A stretch of DNA of 64,000 bases from Phaeosaccion multiseriatum (GCA_965112735.1 OZ218953.1:620001-684000), one strand, 5' to 3'. Numbered from the stretch's first letter, positions 1 through 13,990 are shown. Numbers and translations are program-made. Notes: generated by a model not told the origin, from the letters alone.

Positions 1-1680
1 CGCGAGACAGGGTCCGAAGGGGGGGAGATGGAGAAGGAGGCTTTCGTGCGCGTGCTGCAGAGCGACGGGGACGAGGCAAACCTCAGCGACTTGTTCGTGG
101 GGGATGAGTTTCAGTGCGCGGTGCTCGCAGAGGTGCTGCAGCAGGGCAATGTACACAAGTCTTCACTGGTGCTGCGAGGCAATCACATAAGGTAGGATAG
201 AGGAGATTCAGTGTCGGATGAAATAATGGTTGTGGATGGTGTGGCTATGATGGTTGCTGCCGTGGAGTCTGATGTGTGAGTATTCGTGGAAGAAAAGACA
301 AAAGACAAACCTCTCCTTCTTCCTCTCTCTGTCGCTTCCTTTCTCACCTTCATCTCTCTCTCGCTCCTCAGTTCGGACGGCATCGTGCGGCTATCGGACG
401 CGCTCAAAGGAGACCACATGATCTCGGAACTTTCCCTGGAGTGGAACAACATAGGTGCGTTCCCACCACATCGCCTTTGTTGTGCACCTCTAGGTGTGCC
501 TGCCAAGGCTCCAATGCAACAAGCCCTCACAGCGAACAATGCACGTGGGCCGGCCGCACGTTCGCAACTCGCTGGGCTATCTCCTTGACATACAATCGCC
601 CTGCATATCTTGTTCTCTTCTTGTCTTCGCTCGCCCGACGGGAGGCAGGCACCTTCGACCATGGGGTGGAGGCACTCGCGAACGTTCTGGAGGTGAACAG
701 GACGCTAGAGAAGCTCGACCTTCGCAACAACAGCGTCAGCGCCACGGGAGCCAAGGCCTTGGCCAGAGCGCTGCGGAGCAATAGCACGCTCAAGGCGCTC
801 GACCTGAGGTACTGAGGTGTGGAGGGAGCAACAGGGTTCGGGAGGAGGGAGGAGGGAGGAGGGGTGAGATCACCAATGTTCCTCCTGCCCCAGCAGAGAC
901 TCAAAGGACGACGGTTGCGGGGTGCTCAGCATGCGATGCCCTCCTCCTCGAGCTTTCGTGAAGGCTTGATGGAATTCTTTCCTCTCCCTTTTCGAGATGC
1001 TCATCTCCTCCTCCTCCTCCTCCTCCTCCTCCTCCTCCTCCTCCTCCTCCTCCTCCTCCTCCTCCTCCTCCTCCTCCTCCTCCTCCTCCTCCTCCTCCTC
1101 CTCCTCCTCCTCCTCCTCCTCCTCCTCCTCCTCCTCCTCCTCCTCCTCCTCCTCCTCCTCCTCCTCCTCCTCCTCCTCCTCCTCCTCCTCCTCCTCCTCC
1201 TCCTCCTCCTCCTCCTCCTCCTCCTCCTCCTCCTCCTCCTCCTCCTCCTCCTCCTCCTCCTCCTCCTCCTCCTCCTCCTCCTCCTCCTCCTCCTCCTCCT
1301 CCTCCTCCTCCTCCTCCTCCTCCTCCTCCTCCTCCTCCTCCTCCTCCTCTCCCTCCTCCTCCTCCGCTACCACCCGCCAGATGGAATGAAATCGGCACCG
1401 ACGGAGGCAGAGCCTTTAGGGATCTTCTGGACACCAACTCAACCCTCTCGGATCTCCAGCTATCTGGAAACCAGGCGAGTGTCTGAGTGTGAGATGTGAC
1501 TGGGGTTGCCTTCCTTCCTGACAAGCCAACCAACGAGGGCTTCTCTTCGGCCCTCCGGATAAGCACAGCGAGCACATCTCTCTCTGCCTCCCTTGTCTCT
1601 CTCTCTATCTGTCTCCCTTCTCGCTCTCTCTCTCTCTCTCTCTCTCTGTCTCCCTTGTCTCTCTCTCTATCTGTCTCCCT

Positions 1681-1716
<36 letters not shown>

Positions 1717-4424
1717 CCTTGTCTCTCTCTCTCTCTCTGTCTCCCTTCTCGCTCTCTCTCTCTCTCTCCCTCTGTCTCTCTCTCTCTCTCTCTATCTGTC
1801 TGTCTCTCTCTCCTCTGTACGGCTTCCCCCACCCATCGCCTCTCCCTCCATTGGCGGCTACCATACCGTATCGTCTAACACGGCCTAAACAAAACTGAAA
1901 CTTGAAACTTTCTGCAGGTGGAAGACGCCCTACTGGAGAACCTGGAGGCCGCTGTGGCGGACAGAGACTCTCGCCTCGCTGCCCATGTGTCTCTGAAGGA
2001 TGACTTGCACACGGCGAGAGAGAGGGCAGACACTCTCGAAGCGAGGTTGAGGAAGCAGATGCGGCAGGAGGAGGAACTACGGAGGGAGGAGAGCAGCGCG
2101 GAGCAGAAGTGGCAGCTGGAGCTCGCGGCCAGGAGGGAGGAGAGCATCGCGATCAAGGCGGAGAGCGACCGCCAGCTGCAGGGTGAGGGGGAGGGTTGAA
2201 ATAGAGTAGAGGAGAGGCGTATGGGCAGGGCAGAGGTGTATGGGCAGAGCAGAGGCGTTTGACAGAAATGAGCGAAGCAGAGTGATAGGATGGGGAAGAG
2301 GGTCGGACGGGAAGGGAAAGGGGCATGACAGGTGCGGCGGCGAAGGCCAGTGTCTCTGCCCTTCAGCAGCGAAGGCGACAGCATAGCCTAATTTCTTGGG
2401 CATGATCTCAACGATAGCCGTTCCCTCCCTCTCTCCCTCCTCCCCTCCCTCCGTCCCTTCCCCCGTCCCTCCCTCCCTTCCCTTATATTATGACTACTGC
2501 GAGGGTAGCTTCTGCCCAACAAGTGGCCCAAATGGAGGAGGAGGTGATTCACGAGAGAGCAAAGGTTGTGGACTTGACCGACAAGCTTGAAAAGTACGTG
2601 TGCATTACGTGTGCATTACGTGTGCATTGACTTTGGACCCGCTGTGACCCTCAAGCCTGTAGTCCCAAGACAGTGGTGGGGGCATTGGACGGTGTCACGG
2701 AAGCTTCTTTCATCTACTCTCTCTCTCTCTCGGTCTTGCACTCTCTCTTGCTCTCTCCCCCTCTCTCCGTCTCCCCTCCCCGCCCTCCCACCCTCTCTCT
2801 CTCCCTCCCCTCCCCTGCATCGCCCGTCTAAACTCTAAGTGTGCCGTGCCGTGCTGTGTTTTGTGCATTGTGCACTTGGGTACAGGGCTGTGGAGAAGGG
2901 CAAGGACCTTGCTGATAACTTGGAGAGGACAAAGGAGACAGCTATGGAGGTGCGGAACGGCCAGGCGTGGCACAGAAGAGCAGAGAGAGGGGGGAAGGGG
3001 AGAGGGAGAGGGAGAGGGAGAGGGAGAACGATAGAGGGTAGGGGAAGAGGGGGAGGAGAGAGAGGGAGAGTGAAGAGAGGGACAAAGAGAGAAGAGGGAG
3101 GAGAGGGAGAGAGAGGGATAGGAAGAAAGAGAGAGAGATGGAAAAGGAGAAAGAGAGAGGGGGGGAGAGAGAGGTAGGAGAGAGCGGGAGAGTGAAGAGG
3201 AGGGAGAGGGAGAAAGAAAGAGAGAGGAGAGGAAGAGAGAGAGGGACAGAGAGAAAGAGAGAGGGACGGAGGGAGGGAGAGGGAGAAAGAGGGATGCGAG
3301 AGAGGGAGTGTGAAGAAGGAGAGAGCGCGCCCATCATTCGCACCCCAACGCACCCCTCTGGTCCTCTGGTTTGTTCCTTCCCTCCTTTCTGCCCCTCCCC
3401 CCCCTCCACACCCCCTTTACTTCGTCTCTCTGGTGCCCTGTCACCCTTGCATCTTACACATCAGACTAAGCGAGAGCTCAGTCGCCAACTGGAGAAGCTG
3501 ACTCTGAGTGTGGACAGCGCCAATGAGGACAGAAGGACCACTCAGAGGGAACTTGAGCACATCCGGGAGGTGCTCGAGAAGGAGATTGAGGAGGTCAAGG
3601 TGAGAGGAGGGGCAGAGGGCAGGCGGAGAGTAGGGAGGGGAGAGGGGGGGCATTCATGGGCTTTTGGCTTGGGTATCCCATCGCCGAGCCCTCCGTCGCT
3701 CTCCCTCTCCTCTCTTTTTCTTTCTCTCTGTGTCGCTGTCTCTCTCTTTCCCTTCCCCTCTCACCTCCTCCCCCCCCCCCTTCTCGCTCCATGTACGACA
3801 TCACGACATCACAACCCGTTACGCCTGTGCACAGGAGGAGAATCGCAAGCTCAGTGTGGAGAACGACGCCCTCAAGCGAGCGGCACGGAGGGAGGCAGCC
3901 ATCCACGAGCAAGCCCACGCCAACTTGGAGACCTCAGCAGCGGAGGTGAGGGGCGGGGGAGGAGGGACGGGAGGAGGGAAGGGGAGAGGCAGGGAGGAGG
4001 GAGGGAGGGAGGGAGTGGTCGATTGGCGCAGGGAGAATCGCGGCTGTGTGATTCCAAAGCGAGGGTAGCGTAGACTAATACTGAGACCCCACACTTACAG
4101 TCACCACGACCCTTCCTGCTGCCTCTTCTACTCCCTCTCGGCCCTCTGTCTACCGCCCGCTGGGCGCTGGCCTCTACCTGGCCCATGGCGTGAATGACCA
4201 ACGTCCCTACTCACAGGTTCGGCTGCTGAAGGAGAGGATCGACGAGCACTCGGGGATGCTCAGCAAGGCTGCTGCGGACGGGAAGGCCCAGGTGGGTGGG
4301 TGGGTGGGTGGGGTGGGATGGGGCGGCGTAAACATTCCTTGTGCTTGATCTTCATGTCGACCCGCCCACCCGACCAATTGTGTGACCTCGAGCACTGACA
4401 CACTGTCTGTGGGGTGGCCTTGTC

Positions 4425-4460
<36 letters not shown>

Positions 4461-6839
4461 ATGTGTGTGTATGTGCGCGCATGTGTGTGTGTGTTGGCGC
4501 GTGTGTGTGCGTGCGTGCGCGTGCGTTTGTATGTGTGTGTGTCGTGCGTGTGTGTGTGGCTCCAGGTGGAGGACACTCGGCGGATGTACGAAGAGCGAAT
4601 CGAGGCTGTAAAGAGAGACTGCGACACTCGCATCAGAGCTGCAGACGAAAGGTAACGTAGAGACCAACAGGGGAGGGAGCTCAAACCCGAAGGGCACAGG
4701 CACAGGTGCTGCAGGGGAGAGAAGAAGAGCGGCAGCGGTGACGTTACCGTCGAAGCACTGAGTGATGAAACGAACACAAAGCAGAATGAGAGAGTTCCCT
4801 TCCAACCCGCTTCACCCCCTCTCTCTTGCAGGGCGAAGGAGTCGGAGTACGAGCGCCAGAGGGCAGAGACGTCGAGGCAGGCCGCCCACAGAGACCTCAC
4901 CAAGCTGCAGGTGAGCGGGTTGGTGATACGCCACACAGTGCAGGTCACCACGACTTGTGCCTTCCCTGCTGTAGCAATCGGCGCGGTGCGGCTGCTGGAT
5001 CTCCTACTGCCCAGCATGATGTCCATCTCTCTCATGATTCTCTCTCTGGATCTCCCCCTGCCTGCCATCTCCTGCCATCCCCTGCCATCCCCTTCCACCC
5101 CCGATCTTATTTCCTGCCTTCCCCCACACCACCCCCTGCCATCCCCTGCCATCCCCTGCCATCCCTCGGCAGGTGCACGTGGAGGACAAGCTCTCTGAGC
5201 ACGAGCGGAGAGCCGCAGGGGACGCACAGAAGAAGTTCGACTTGGAGCTGAGTGAGCTCAACGAGCGACTAGAGACGGTGCAGAAGGTAAGCGCGAGGAG
5301 GCGTACTTCATCTGTCTCGCTCGCTCTCTCTCACACACACACACGCTTTCTCTCTGACGCACTCTGTCTCTTTCTCTCTCTGGCATCTCATTCGTCCCCC
5401 AACTTTCTGAAAGCTTCCTCCCCCCTCCTCTCCCCTCCCTCTCCCCTTCTCCTCTCCCCTCTTCCCCTCTCCCCAGGCCCGCGACTTGCAAGCGACGGCT
5501 GTGAAGGACCAAATGGCGGTACTCGAAGACCTTCGCTCCTCCTCGGCCCTCGAGCTGAGGGAGTACGGCAACGAGCTAGGTGAGTGAGGCGAAGGGAGGG
5601 GAAGGACGCAGGGCGAGGGAAGGAGGAGAGTGTATGTAGGTGTGCGCCAGCGAAGGAGGGAGGGATGGAGGAAGGGGCGAGGGCTGAGGAGGAGGGCACG
5701 ACGAGGGACGGAGCTGTCTCCCGACTCTAAATGGGGCCAATACGCAACCACTGGAGCTGTTTCTTCCTTCTCTTCCGTAGCTTTACTCATGCCCCTCCTT
5801 GCTGACCGACGGACACTTGTTTCGCATTTCCCCTTCCTTCCTCTGGCGCCTCCCGGCCTCCCTCTCACCTTTTGCAGTGAAGCTCCGGGCCAGCCTCGAG
5901 AGCGCTCACGAAACGTCACGGCAGCACGAAGGTGAGTGCGTGTGTGTCTGCGTGCACATAGCCGTGTATGCGTGCGTGCGTGCGTGCGTGTGTGTGTGCG
6001 TATCATTTCCTCATCGTATCATCCCCAGCCCTCTCACTTGCTCCGCCCTAGCAGGGTGCAATAACTCTCCCCCCTCCCTCCCTCACTCACTCACTCACTC
6101 TCCCACTCACTCTCACACTCACTCCCTTCCTCCCTTTCTTCCCTCTCCAGGCCGTACATCAAGGCTGCAGACGGACTTGAACGTCGCCACACGCAAGTTC
6201 GAAAACGCACAGGCCAAAGTGGACGAGCTCGAGAGAGACCGTGCTCACATGGCCGACGTTCAGAGCACCAACATGGACAAGGTACGTGAGTGGAACGCCT
6301 TCTTCTTGTCTTGTTAGAGGTTGGAAGTCGATGGCCCTCATCGATGCGCAAAGAAGGAAGGCACTGCATGGCTGGCGCTCGACTTCAACAGCCTGGCGAC
6401 GGGCGGTGCCCTGCACTACCACGGTACCATATTACCAACGCGCTTGGGGATGTTGCTGATGCTTGAAAGTGAGATTGATCTCACTCTGCCTAACCCACCC
6501 CCCTCGCTCTCCTCCTCCCCCCCGTTTGGTGACCGTGCCATACGCCCTCTGCTATCACCACCCCCTGTCTACTGCCATCCCCTGCCTTCTTAGCTGCTGC
6601 TGCAACACTCTCTGGAACTCAAGGCCTCAGAGCGACAAGTGACAGAGACAAGGGCCTTAGTCGCCAAGTTGGAGAGCCAACTGCGAGAGAGGGAGGAGGA
6701 CCTCACCACGCAACGGCAGCAACACCAGCACTCACTCAACGCGTTGGAGAAGGGGGTCAGCGCCTCTCTCGCAGAGGCCTTCCACTCCGCCCGCAGCAGA
6801 GAGCAATTTGTAGTACAGCAGCAGGCGATGTCCTCGTGA
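1..6839 (+). CDS. LRRC45: LRRC45-like leucine-rich-repeat plus coiled-coil protein (5'-partial, about 17 exons)
   Basis: Phase-consistent exons <1-191, 372-454, 649-808, 1381-1474, 1918-2182, 2524-2593, 2886-2949, 3465-3599, 3835-3945, 4217-4291, 4566-4651, 4832-4910, 5173-5286, 5477-5579, 5878-5931, 6151-6281, 6594-6839 (TGA). RI-like LRRs ([50 protein letters not shown]) are followed by a long E/K/R-rich coiled coil. The LEWN/LDLRNN/LDLRWN series matches my recollection of LRRC45. Confidence 0.7.
1006..1364. repeat. (TCC)n microsatellite, about 120 units, intronic
   Basis: Nearly uninterrupted TCC run inside intron 809-1380, ending just before the acceptor. Confidence 0.97.
1577..1813. repeat. 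(CT)n-based compound microsatellite, intronic
   Basis: Repeated units such as tgtctcccttctcgctctctctc. Confidence 0.9.
2975..3325. repeat. GA-rich polypurine low-complexity tract, intronic
   Basis: Almost exclusively G/A. Confidence 0.85.
4426..4558. repeat. (TG)n/(TGCG)n microsatellite, intronic
   Basis: Directly visible. Confidence 0.9.
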
Positions 6840-6950
6840 CGAGAAGGGAGTGTGAAGCTCTGTCGTCGTCATTTCTACTTCCTTCCTTCAATCATCTCAC
6901 TGACTGAAGTACAATGGATTGATGGCCCGCGCCCCCACCACCACCACCAC

Positions 6951-6985
<35 letters not shown>

Positions 6986-7041
6986 CCGTCTGTTCCCTGA
7001 GTCAGTCAGTCAGTCAGTCCGTCCGTCCGTCAGCCAACCTC

Positions 7042-10000
7042 TTACCCCGCTCCCGCCCTCTCTGCTGCTCTCGCCGCGCCCTTCCTTCCCGTCGATCGGC
7101 CCATGGCCCTCCTTTGCGCCATCTCAAACTCAAACTGAGCAGCCTGTTTGGTGGCCTTGTCACTAGCGGTGCCCCTGGGCCTCGAATTGTAACTGTCATT
7201 GCCCTTGTCATGGTCAGTGCTATTTGCGCCCTCGCTCTCGCCTTCGCCCTCGCCCTTGCTTGTGGCGCCCCGTTGTGGTGGTCGATTCCTCTCCCTCAGC
7301 CAATTCTGAAACGCCGCCGCCAGCTCTGTCCACAGGTGCACCTTCCTGTGCTGCAAATACTTGACCTCTGCCTGCAGGGCCTTGAGCTCCCCAAACTTAG
7401 CTCTGTAACGCCGCTTGGCCTCCGTCAGTCTCCTTGCTGCTGTGTCTAGAGGCGTTGGTGGTACGGCACCCATCCCCTCTGTTGCCTCTCCCGGTTGTTC
7501 TACTACAGCGCCCCCCGCCTCGCTGTCGCCGCCTTCGCCTCCTCCGCCTTGCCCCCCCCCGTTGTCATTGTCGAGCTCCCCCATCTAACCACCACGTTGC
7601 ACACACATACCGCAAAGGCAAAAAGAGTGGGGAGCGGCCGAGGAGCGAGGGTTAGAGGTGACTCTTAAGGCCTTCAGACCAGTTCGACGACGCGGAAGAC
7701 GGGGCGGGGGGGGGGGTCAACCAGATTGGGGATGACTCACGCACGCACGCACGCACATACGCTCGCTCTCACCCACTCACGCACCAGCACGTCGATGTCG
7801 CTCTTAAGGACGTTGATGGTTTGTGCTAGGTCGTTGCTCGCCCTCTTCTGCCGCTTCAGGCAGGCTTTGCACTCGGCTAGCTCGGAGGATAAGTCCTTCC
7901 CTCCCGGCCCCTGCTTGAAGACCTCGAAGGCCGCCTACATGTGTGGTCGAGGAGAGGCAGGGAGAGGCCGAGGACAGGCAGGGAGGTAGACGAACATAGA
8001 CAACAGGCGACATGGGCAGGAGCAGCACAAGGTGAGAACATGCAGAAAGATAAGAGGTACACCGTTATGGGCAGGAACAAAGAAGCGTGAAGGGTCCAGT
8101 CGGGCCCAGTATAGAAAGCGCATATGTTAAGTCATAGGCCCGCAACACCGCGCCCTCACCTCCTGCTGCTTTGTTGAGAGAGCATCCCCTCTTGAGGCTT
8201 TCGTCGCAGCAACAGGAGCAGTTGGTGATACAGCAGCAGAGGGGTGCTGGTGCACGGGGCCAACGGGATCGGATCCACAGTGCGGAGCAACCATGTTTGT
8301 CGCTGCTGCCGGATCACCAATTGCTCCAGGGGATAAGGAAGGAGGTGGGTTTGGGAGGCGATGGCTTGAGGGCGCGTGAGGCGAGTCCTTCTGCTGCTGC
8401 GACGGCTGGCGATACGAGGATGGAGGTCAGAAGCAACACGAGTGGACGAATAAGCGGGAAAGTGGAAGGCTGCAGCACCAACACGCGAAGCTGGCAGCAT
8501 GTCGATATCGAAGGGATCGATACTGACCTGGGTCAATACACTCAAACTGGCACCTACCTTGGAGCCCTTCTGAGGTGCGCCAGACGCTTGCCGCAGTCGA
8601 TGCTGCTGACCAATGTGTTGCTGCCGTGGATGCTGCTTTTTACGGTCTTGCTGCTGTATCACGAACGGCTGTGGCTGCCGCTGCGGCGACCTCGCCTGCT
8701 GCTGCGCCACTGCTGCAGGCGACCCTGCTTCGTGTTCCTCATCATTATTGCTCGGCCTTGGCCTCTTTCCATTGGCACCCGCCTCCCTCCGAGCTCCAGA
8801 TGGCCTGTCGTGGCGCTCCTCCTCGCCCTCCCCCTCACCCTCGAAGAAGCCTAAGCTCAGGCCCAGGTCTCCTCCACTCTCCACCTCCCCGCCTGCAAAT
8901 ACCACGCCCCCCCCCCCCTCGGGGTAGTACTCGGTGTCAGAATAGTACTGCCCATAGGCCTCCATTGCCGCCGTCGGACCACCTGCTATATCACCAACAT
9001 GTTCATTCTTAGGCAAAGCTGTTTCGTCCTCAACTTGTGCTTCCCCTCGCTTGCTTCTCGCCTCCTCTTCTTCCCCTTGCTCTTGCTGCTGCGTCAACAA
9101 CGGCTTCGCTGGACTGGACATGTCTGCGTGCGGGACAGCGATTGTGAAGGTGGGAGGGGGGAAGCTCGCGACACCAGTGAGAGGCGGTGGAGCATATAGC
9201 ACCCCGCCTCCCGTGCAGTAGCCGGTCTCGCGAGCTACAAACTGCGCCATTTCACTCTTGGTCAGCAGCCCCTGCTGCTGCGGCTGCTGCTGCCCCGAGG
9301 GGGGCCTGTCCTTGCTCCTACCTGCCCCCGCTGCCGCTGCCCAGAGGAGCTCTCGCATGAGGCTGAAGACCTGCCGTACTTGGGTCACGCTCACGATACC
9401 CAACTCGACTCCCTCCCCCTCCTCCTCCTCCTCCTCCTCCTCCTCCTCCTCCTCCTCCTCCTCCTCCTGCTCCTCCTCCTCCTCCCCATGCCCTCTATTG
9501 GCACCACTGTGCTTGGGCTGATACTGCAAAAGATAGCGCCCTACTTCCTGCCTGAGCTTCTCCAGGTGCTCCCCAGAGGCAGGCTCGTAGGCGTGGGCGC
9601 GTGTGTGGGGGTCCCTTCCACACATGGCGTCGTGAAGCTCGAGCTCCTCCTTCAGCAGGGCTATGGTCCGCAGTGCCTGGTGTCAGGTGACGGGGTATCG
9701 AGTGTTGACAACAATCATCAAGCCAACACGTCAAGGAGAGAGAGAGAGAGAGAGAGAGAGAACAGCCCCATCAAGGAGGGGGAGCACATGGCCACAATAG
9801 AAAATCAATGCGTCGAGGAGACAGAGAAAGGAGACAGCATGAGGGTATCGAGGGGAATCGAGAGCGAGTGAGTGAGCGGCAAGTCACTCCGAGCCGGACT
9901 CCCCGCTTCGTTTCTTACTGCCGCGCAATCGAAGGGGCACATGCAGTATACAGAAGCATTGCACCACACAGTAGAGACAGATGTCTCAGTCTTGAGAAGT

Positions 10001-12638
10001 CCATCCACACGAATGCCAGGGGGGGGGGGTCACACCAATCATACCCAGTCACTGTCGGAGAACGCCCCTCCCGGCGAGTTCCCCCCCGGGTGAACGAGGA
10101 GCGCGCTCTCGAGGAGCCCTTCTCACCTTTGTGCATGCAGCCCCCCTTCCACTGCCATCCCCTCCCTTCTCACCTTTGCACTTGCCACCCCCCTTCCACT
10201 GCCATCCCCTCCCTTCTCACCTTTGTATATGCCTCCCCCCTTCCACTGCCATCCCCTCCCTCGATCTTGTTGAGCTTAGGCTTGGTGCTGATACACATCA
10301 TTCGCGAGGCGAATTTAAGGGTGGACAGCGTCTGCTGCAGGGAGTCGTCGCGGGGCCACACACACGCGATCATCAGCGTACTGCGCGCACAGATGGTGGT
10401 CGGAGATGGCAGTAGACAGCAGTAGCAGGGTCGAAGGAAAACGAGGTAAGCAGAGGGGTGTTGAGTAGCAAGTATGCACTTGCTCGACATGTGAGGGACG
10501 GTCCCACGCCCGCCCGCACGCACGCCCGCACGCACGCACGCACCGGCAGTTCCCCCCTAGGGAGTCTTGCAGAATGCGCGTGAGTTTGCTCTGCCGGAAG
10601 GGGATGTGGTCTCTTTTGCTGTCTGCGAGAGCCACGGTCACCTTTAGGCGAGACACACGGAGTGGGTGGGTAAAGATGGTGTTAAGGGTGGATGCAGAGG
10701 CGAACAGGCAGGCAGTCTGTCCCCCCCGGCCCCTCGCATCATAGCATCAGGCGCTCAGAGAGAAAGAGGGAGAGGGAGAGGGAGAGAGGGAGAGGTAGAG
10801 AGAGGGAGAGGTAGAGAGAGGGAGAGGGAGAGGGAGAGCGAGAGGGGGAGGGGCTCTCTCTCTCCTACCCCCCTCACAAGACCGGTCAGACGGAAAGGGC
10901 GAGAGGTCTCTTCCCCAACCCCTCTCTTCTTTGTCCTTCCCGTCTCACTTGCTCAAGGAAGGTGAGTGACTTGTTGATGTACGAGGCTTCCTTCTGCACC
11001 CTCCCCTCGGACTTGGTCATGGCGTTTCTCTCGCTCCCCGCTAAGTCAACGATGTTGAGCTTCGAAGTCATGGCTCCTCGGAAACCTCCACCGCCACCCC
11101 CACCAGAGGAGGAGGAGGAGGCCGTCTAAATGGAAGGGAAGAAGGAGAGGGGGGCGGGGGGTGAATGGAGACCAACGGATGAGGCTCGAGTCGAGCACCA
11201 AGAGCTTCCCTCACTCACCCCTCCTCTCGCCTGCCGCCACCACTCACCCTGCCCTCCCCTCGACTGCTGGTCTAACTCACCCCTCACATCCCCGCCCCTC
11301 TTCTCCCCTCCCCGGCTGCCTTCACTCACCCCTCCCCTCGACTGCTGCGTGATGTAGATGGTGTACACCACATGGCTGCGACTCGACGCTTGATTCATCT
11401 GATCACATGATGCACAGGTAGCAATGATACAGTGATGATGAGGCACAAGCCGAACAACAAGCAGGAGTGTACACATCACGCACAGATGGCACGGGGTTGA
11501 GAGGTCAGGAGAGGCAATCGACGGGGGGGGGGCGTTGATGGCTTCTGCAGCGCACTTCCTTCCTTCCTTCCCACACACGCACACACGCACGCATCCACAC
11601 ACTTACACGCACACACAGACCTGGTGCTCTGCGAGAGCTCTGCTCATCTCCGCCTCGAAGAAGAGAGACAAAGCCTCGTCCGCAGAGGAGGCAGCAGCCA
11701 TGGTGAGGCCCTGGGGAGATGTAGCCACGAGGGAGGGTGTCGAGTTTCAGTTTCGTAGACCTTGATCGGTGATCAATGGCAATAATCATATCGAGATATC
11801 GAATGCTCCGAATACTTAAGTGAATGCACTGCATGATTCTTCCTCACGAGAGACGACATGCACAAGTCCTGCCTTGCCTGCGTTGACAAAAAACCCTCCC
11901 ACACAGCCCACTTTACGTAACTTACGTACCTTTACATAGGTAGAGCCATCTGAATGCTCTCGAATCAGCAGGGGGTCCACCCCTGGGTAGGCCGGAGAGG
12001 GCCCGCGCTCCCCGTAGCTGGACCATCGGGGGCCGCCGCTCCCTCGCCGCCTCCCTCCTACAGCAGTTGGTGCTTCGACCCCCGCAGAGGAGCCCTCCTG
12101 CTGGTCGGCAGAGAAGTTGAGAAGGTCGAAGAGTTGCTCGTTGTACAGCTCAAGGGCGCTCATCTGCACGGTGATGGCGGCTTCAGGAGCCATGCGCGAA
12201 CTCTGAAGAAGGAACGGAAAGTGCACGTGTATCCACGGCAGGAGGGATGAGCGGGGGGGGGAGGGAGCGGAGGGGGGAGAGAGGGGTTGGGCGAAGGGAA
12301 GACGGATCACTAGGGCACAAGGGAACGAGAGAGGAACTTCATCCGTCGGACCGAAACTGATGCACTCGGTGGGAGGCACTGAGCATTTGGCGAATATCAA
12401 CTGGCACGACTACACCCACCTCCTGAAAGATGTACTCAATGGCCCGCGCACATATCCCACGATTCCGATAGGTCTGTTTCCTTCCTCCCGTGATGGTGTA
12501 CGTCTTCCCGCTACCCGTCTGCCCACGTGTGTGTGCGTGTAAGGGACAGCCGAGTGGGAGAGAGAGAGGGGCACAGGGTCGTCAGTTGGAGACGCTTGTC
12601 AAGCAGGGTAGGGCAAGCTTCACAAGGCAGTGGTAGAG

Positions 12639-12670
<32 letters not shown>

Positions 12671-13250
12671 AAGAGAGACAAAGGGAGGGGGAGAGAGAGT
12701 AGGTTGATTTTTGTCCGCCTCTGTATCATGAAGAGGCGAGCCATCGCGACTAGATTGACCGGCGCACTCCGAGATGGCAGCAAGAGCACAACCAGCTGCA
12801 TACCTGCCCATAGGCGAAGATCGTGCCGTTGTAGCCCTTCAGGGTGGAGTCCACAATACCTCTGGCTGCCTTATCAAAGATGTCTTGCTGGGAAGCTGTC
12901 TCGAAAACGTCGTCGAATGACCAGCTCCATTCCTCCTTCCCTCTCCCTCCTCCTGCGCCCCTCCCAGATCTGCCGTGCACCGGAGCTCCTACAGCTCCTG
13001 CGTCCCCTCCCGAGCTTCCTCTGCTGCTCTTCACTGCCTCAGCTCCACCTCCGGCAGCTGTGGCTCCTGGGAAAGCGACGGTCTTGTCTCCAACGTCAAG
13101 CCCACGGCTGCCTTGTCTCTGTTCCTCGTCCTCGCCAGGGACGTCGATGGGCCGCAGTCGGCACACAACCTGAATTCTCCTTCCCGCTTCCCCCCCCTCC
13201 TCCCCCCCCAACCCTCCCAGCGTCGCGGTTGAGGGTGGAGATGCCACCAT
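7042..13250 (-). CDS. KIF9: Kinesin-9 family motor (KIF9/KIF6-like), multi-exon
   Basis: Exons 13250-12804, 12518-12420, 12202-11930, 11710-11621, 11398-~11330, 11125-10949, 10641-10544, 10380-~10200, then 9676-~8160 and further exons down to the stop at 7042 (tail exon boundaries uncertain). Motifs: [20 protein letters not shown]|[12 protein letters not shown] (P-loop), [94 protein letters not shown] is KIF9-like. Confidence 0.8.
10141..10260. repeat. Short tandem repeat, about 3 copies of ccccttccactgccatcccctccc(ttctcacctttg)
   Basis: Directly visible, at an exon/intron boundary of the kinesin gene. Confidence 0.8.
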
Positions 13251-13465
13251 CGAGAAGAGCCAGAAGTGATTAACGGATGGTTGCGCGGTGGTGCTTCGCG
13301 ACTCACAGTTGGCTCGAGCTTGCCCAAAATCCCTCCCTCCTTCCTTCTCCCCCCCTCTCCTCTCCTTTCCCCCAGTCTCTTGCATTTTCCCCTCTATTCA
13401 ACCTGCATTGACCTAAGCGGAAGGTCCTTCACCGGGGCTGCGTCCCTTAAACCCCTAGTACGAAA

Positions 13466-13504
<39 letters not shown>

Positions 13505-13506
<2 letters not shown>

Positions 13507-13926
13507 GGAAGCATCGCCTTCATTAGAGGAACAAGAGGAAAGGCCAAATGCAGCCGAAACAGAGCGAAAAGTATCGCCTTTGCTGGAGGAACAAGAAGAA
13601 AGCCGAGTGGAAATGGGGAAGGAGGGAGATGCTAAGGGGCGGGGCGAGGTCATCGCTAGAGAGAGGGGGGGGGGTGGGGGGCAGCAGCAGCAGCAGCAGC
13701 AGCAGGGGCAGGAGGACGAGGACGAGGAAGGGGATCAGCAGCAGAAGGAGCAGCAGGAAGAGGACAGTGGGGAACGCTCAGATAGCGTAAGGATAATCGG
13801 AAGGGGGAGAGAGCCTTCAACCGGTGCTTTGGGGAGCGAGGTGACCGCTGCCGGAGACGGAAGGTCGGTAATTAATGGCAAGAATGAGGGTAACCGCTAC
13901 CATCGCCACGAGCAGCAGCAGCTACA

Positions 13927-13990
<64 letters not shown>

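Noticed and set aside
819-1575. Poly-Leu/Glu/Gly/Ser ORFs
   Set aside because: Translations of the intronic (TCC)n microsatellite.
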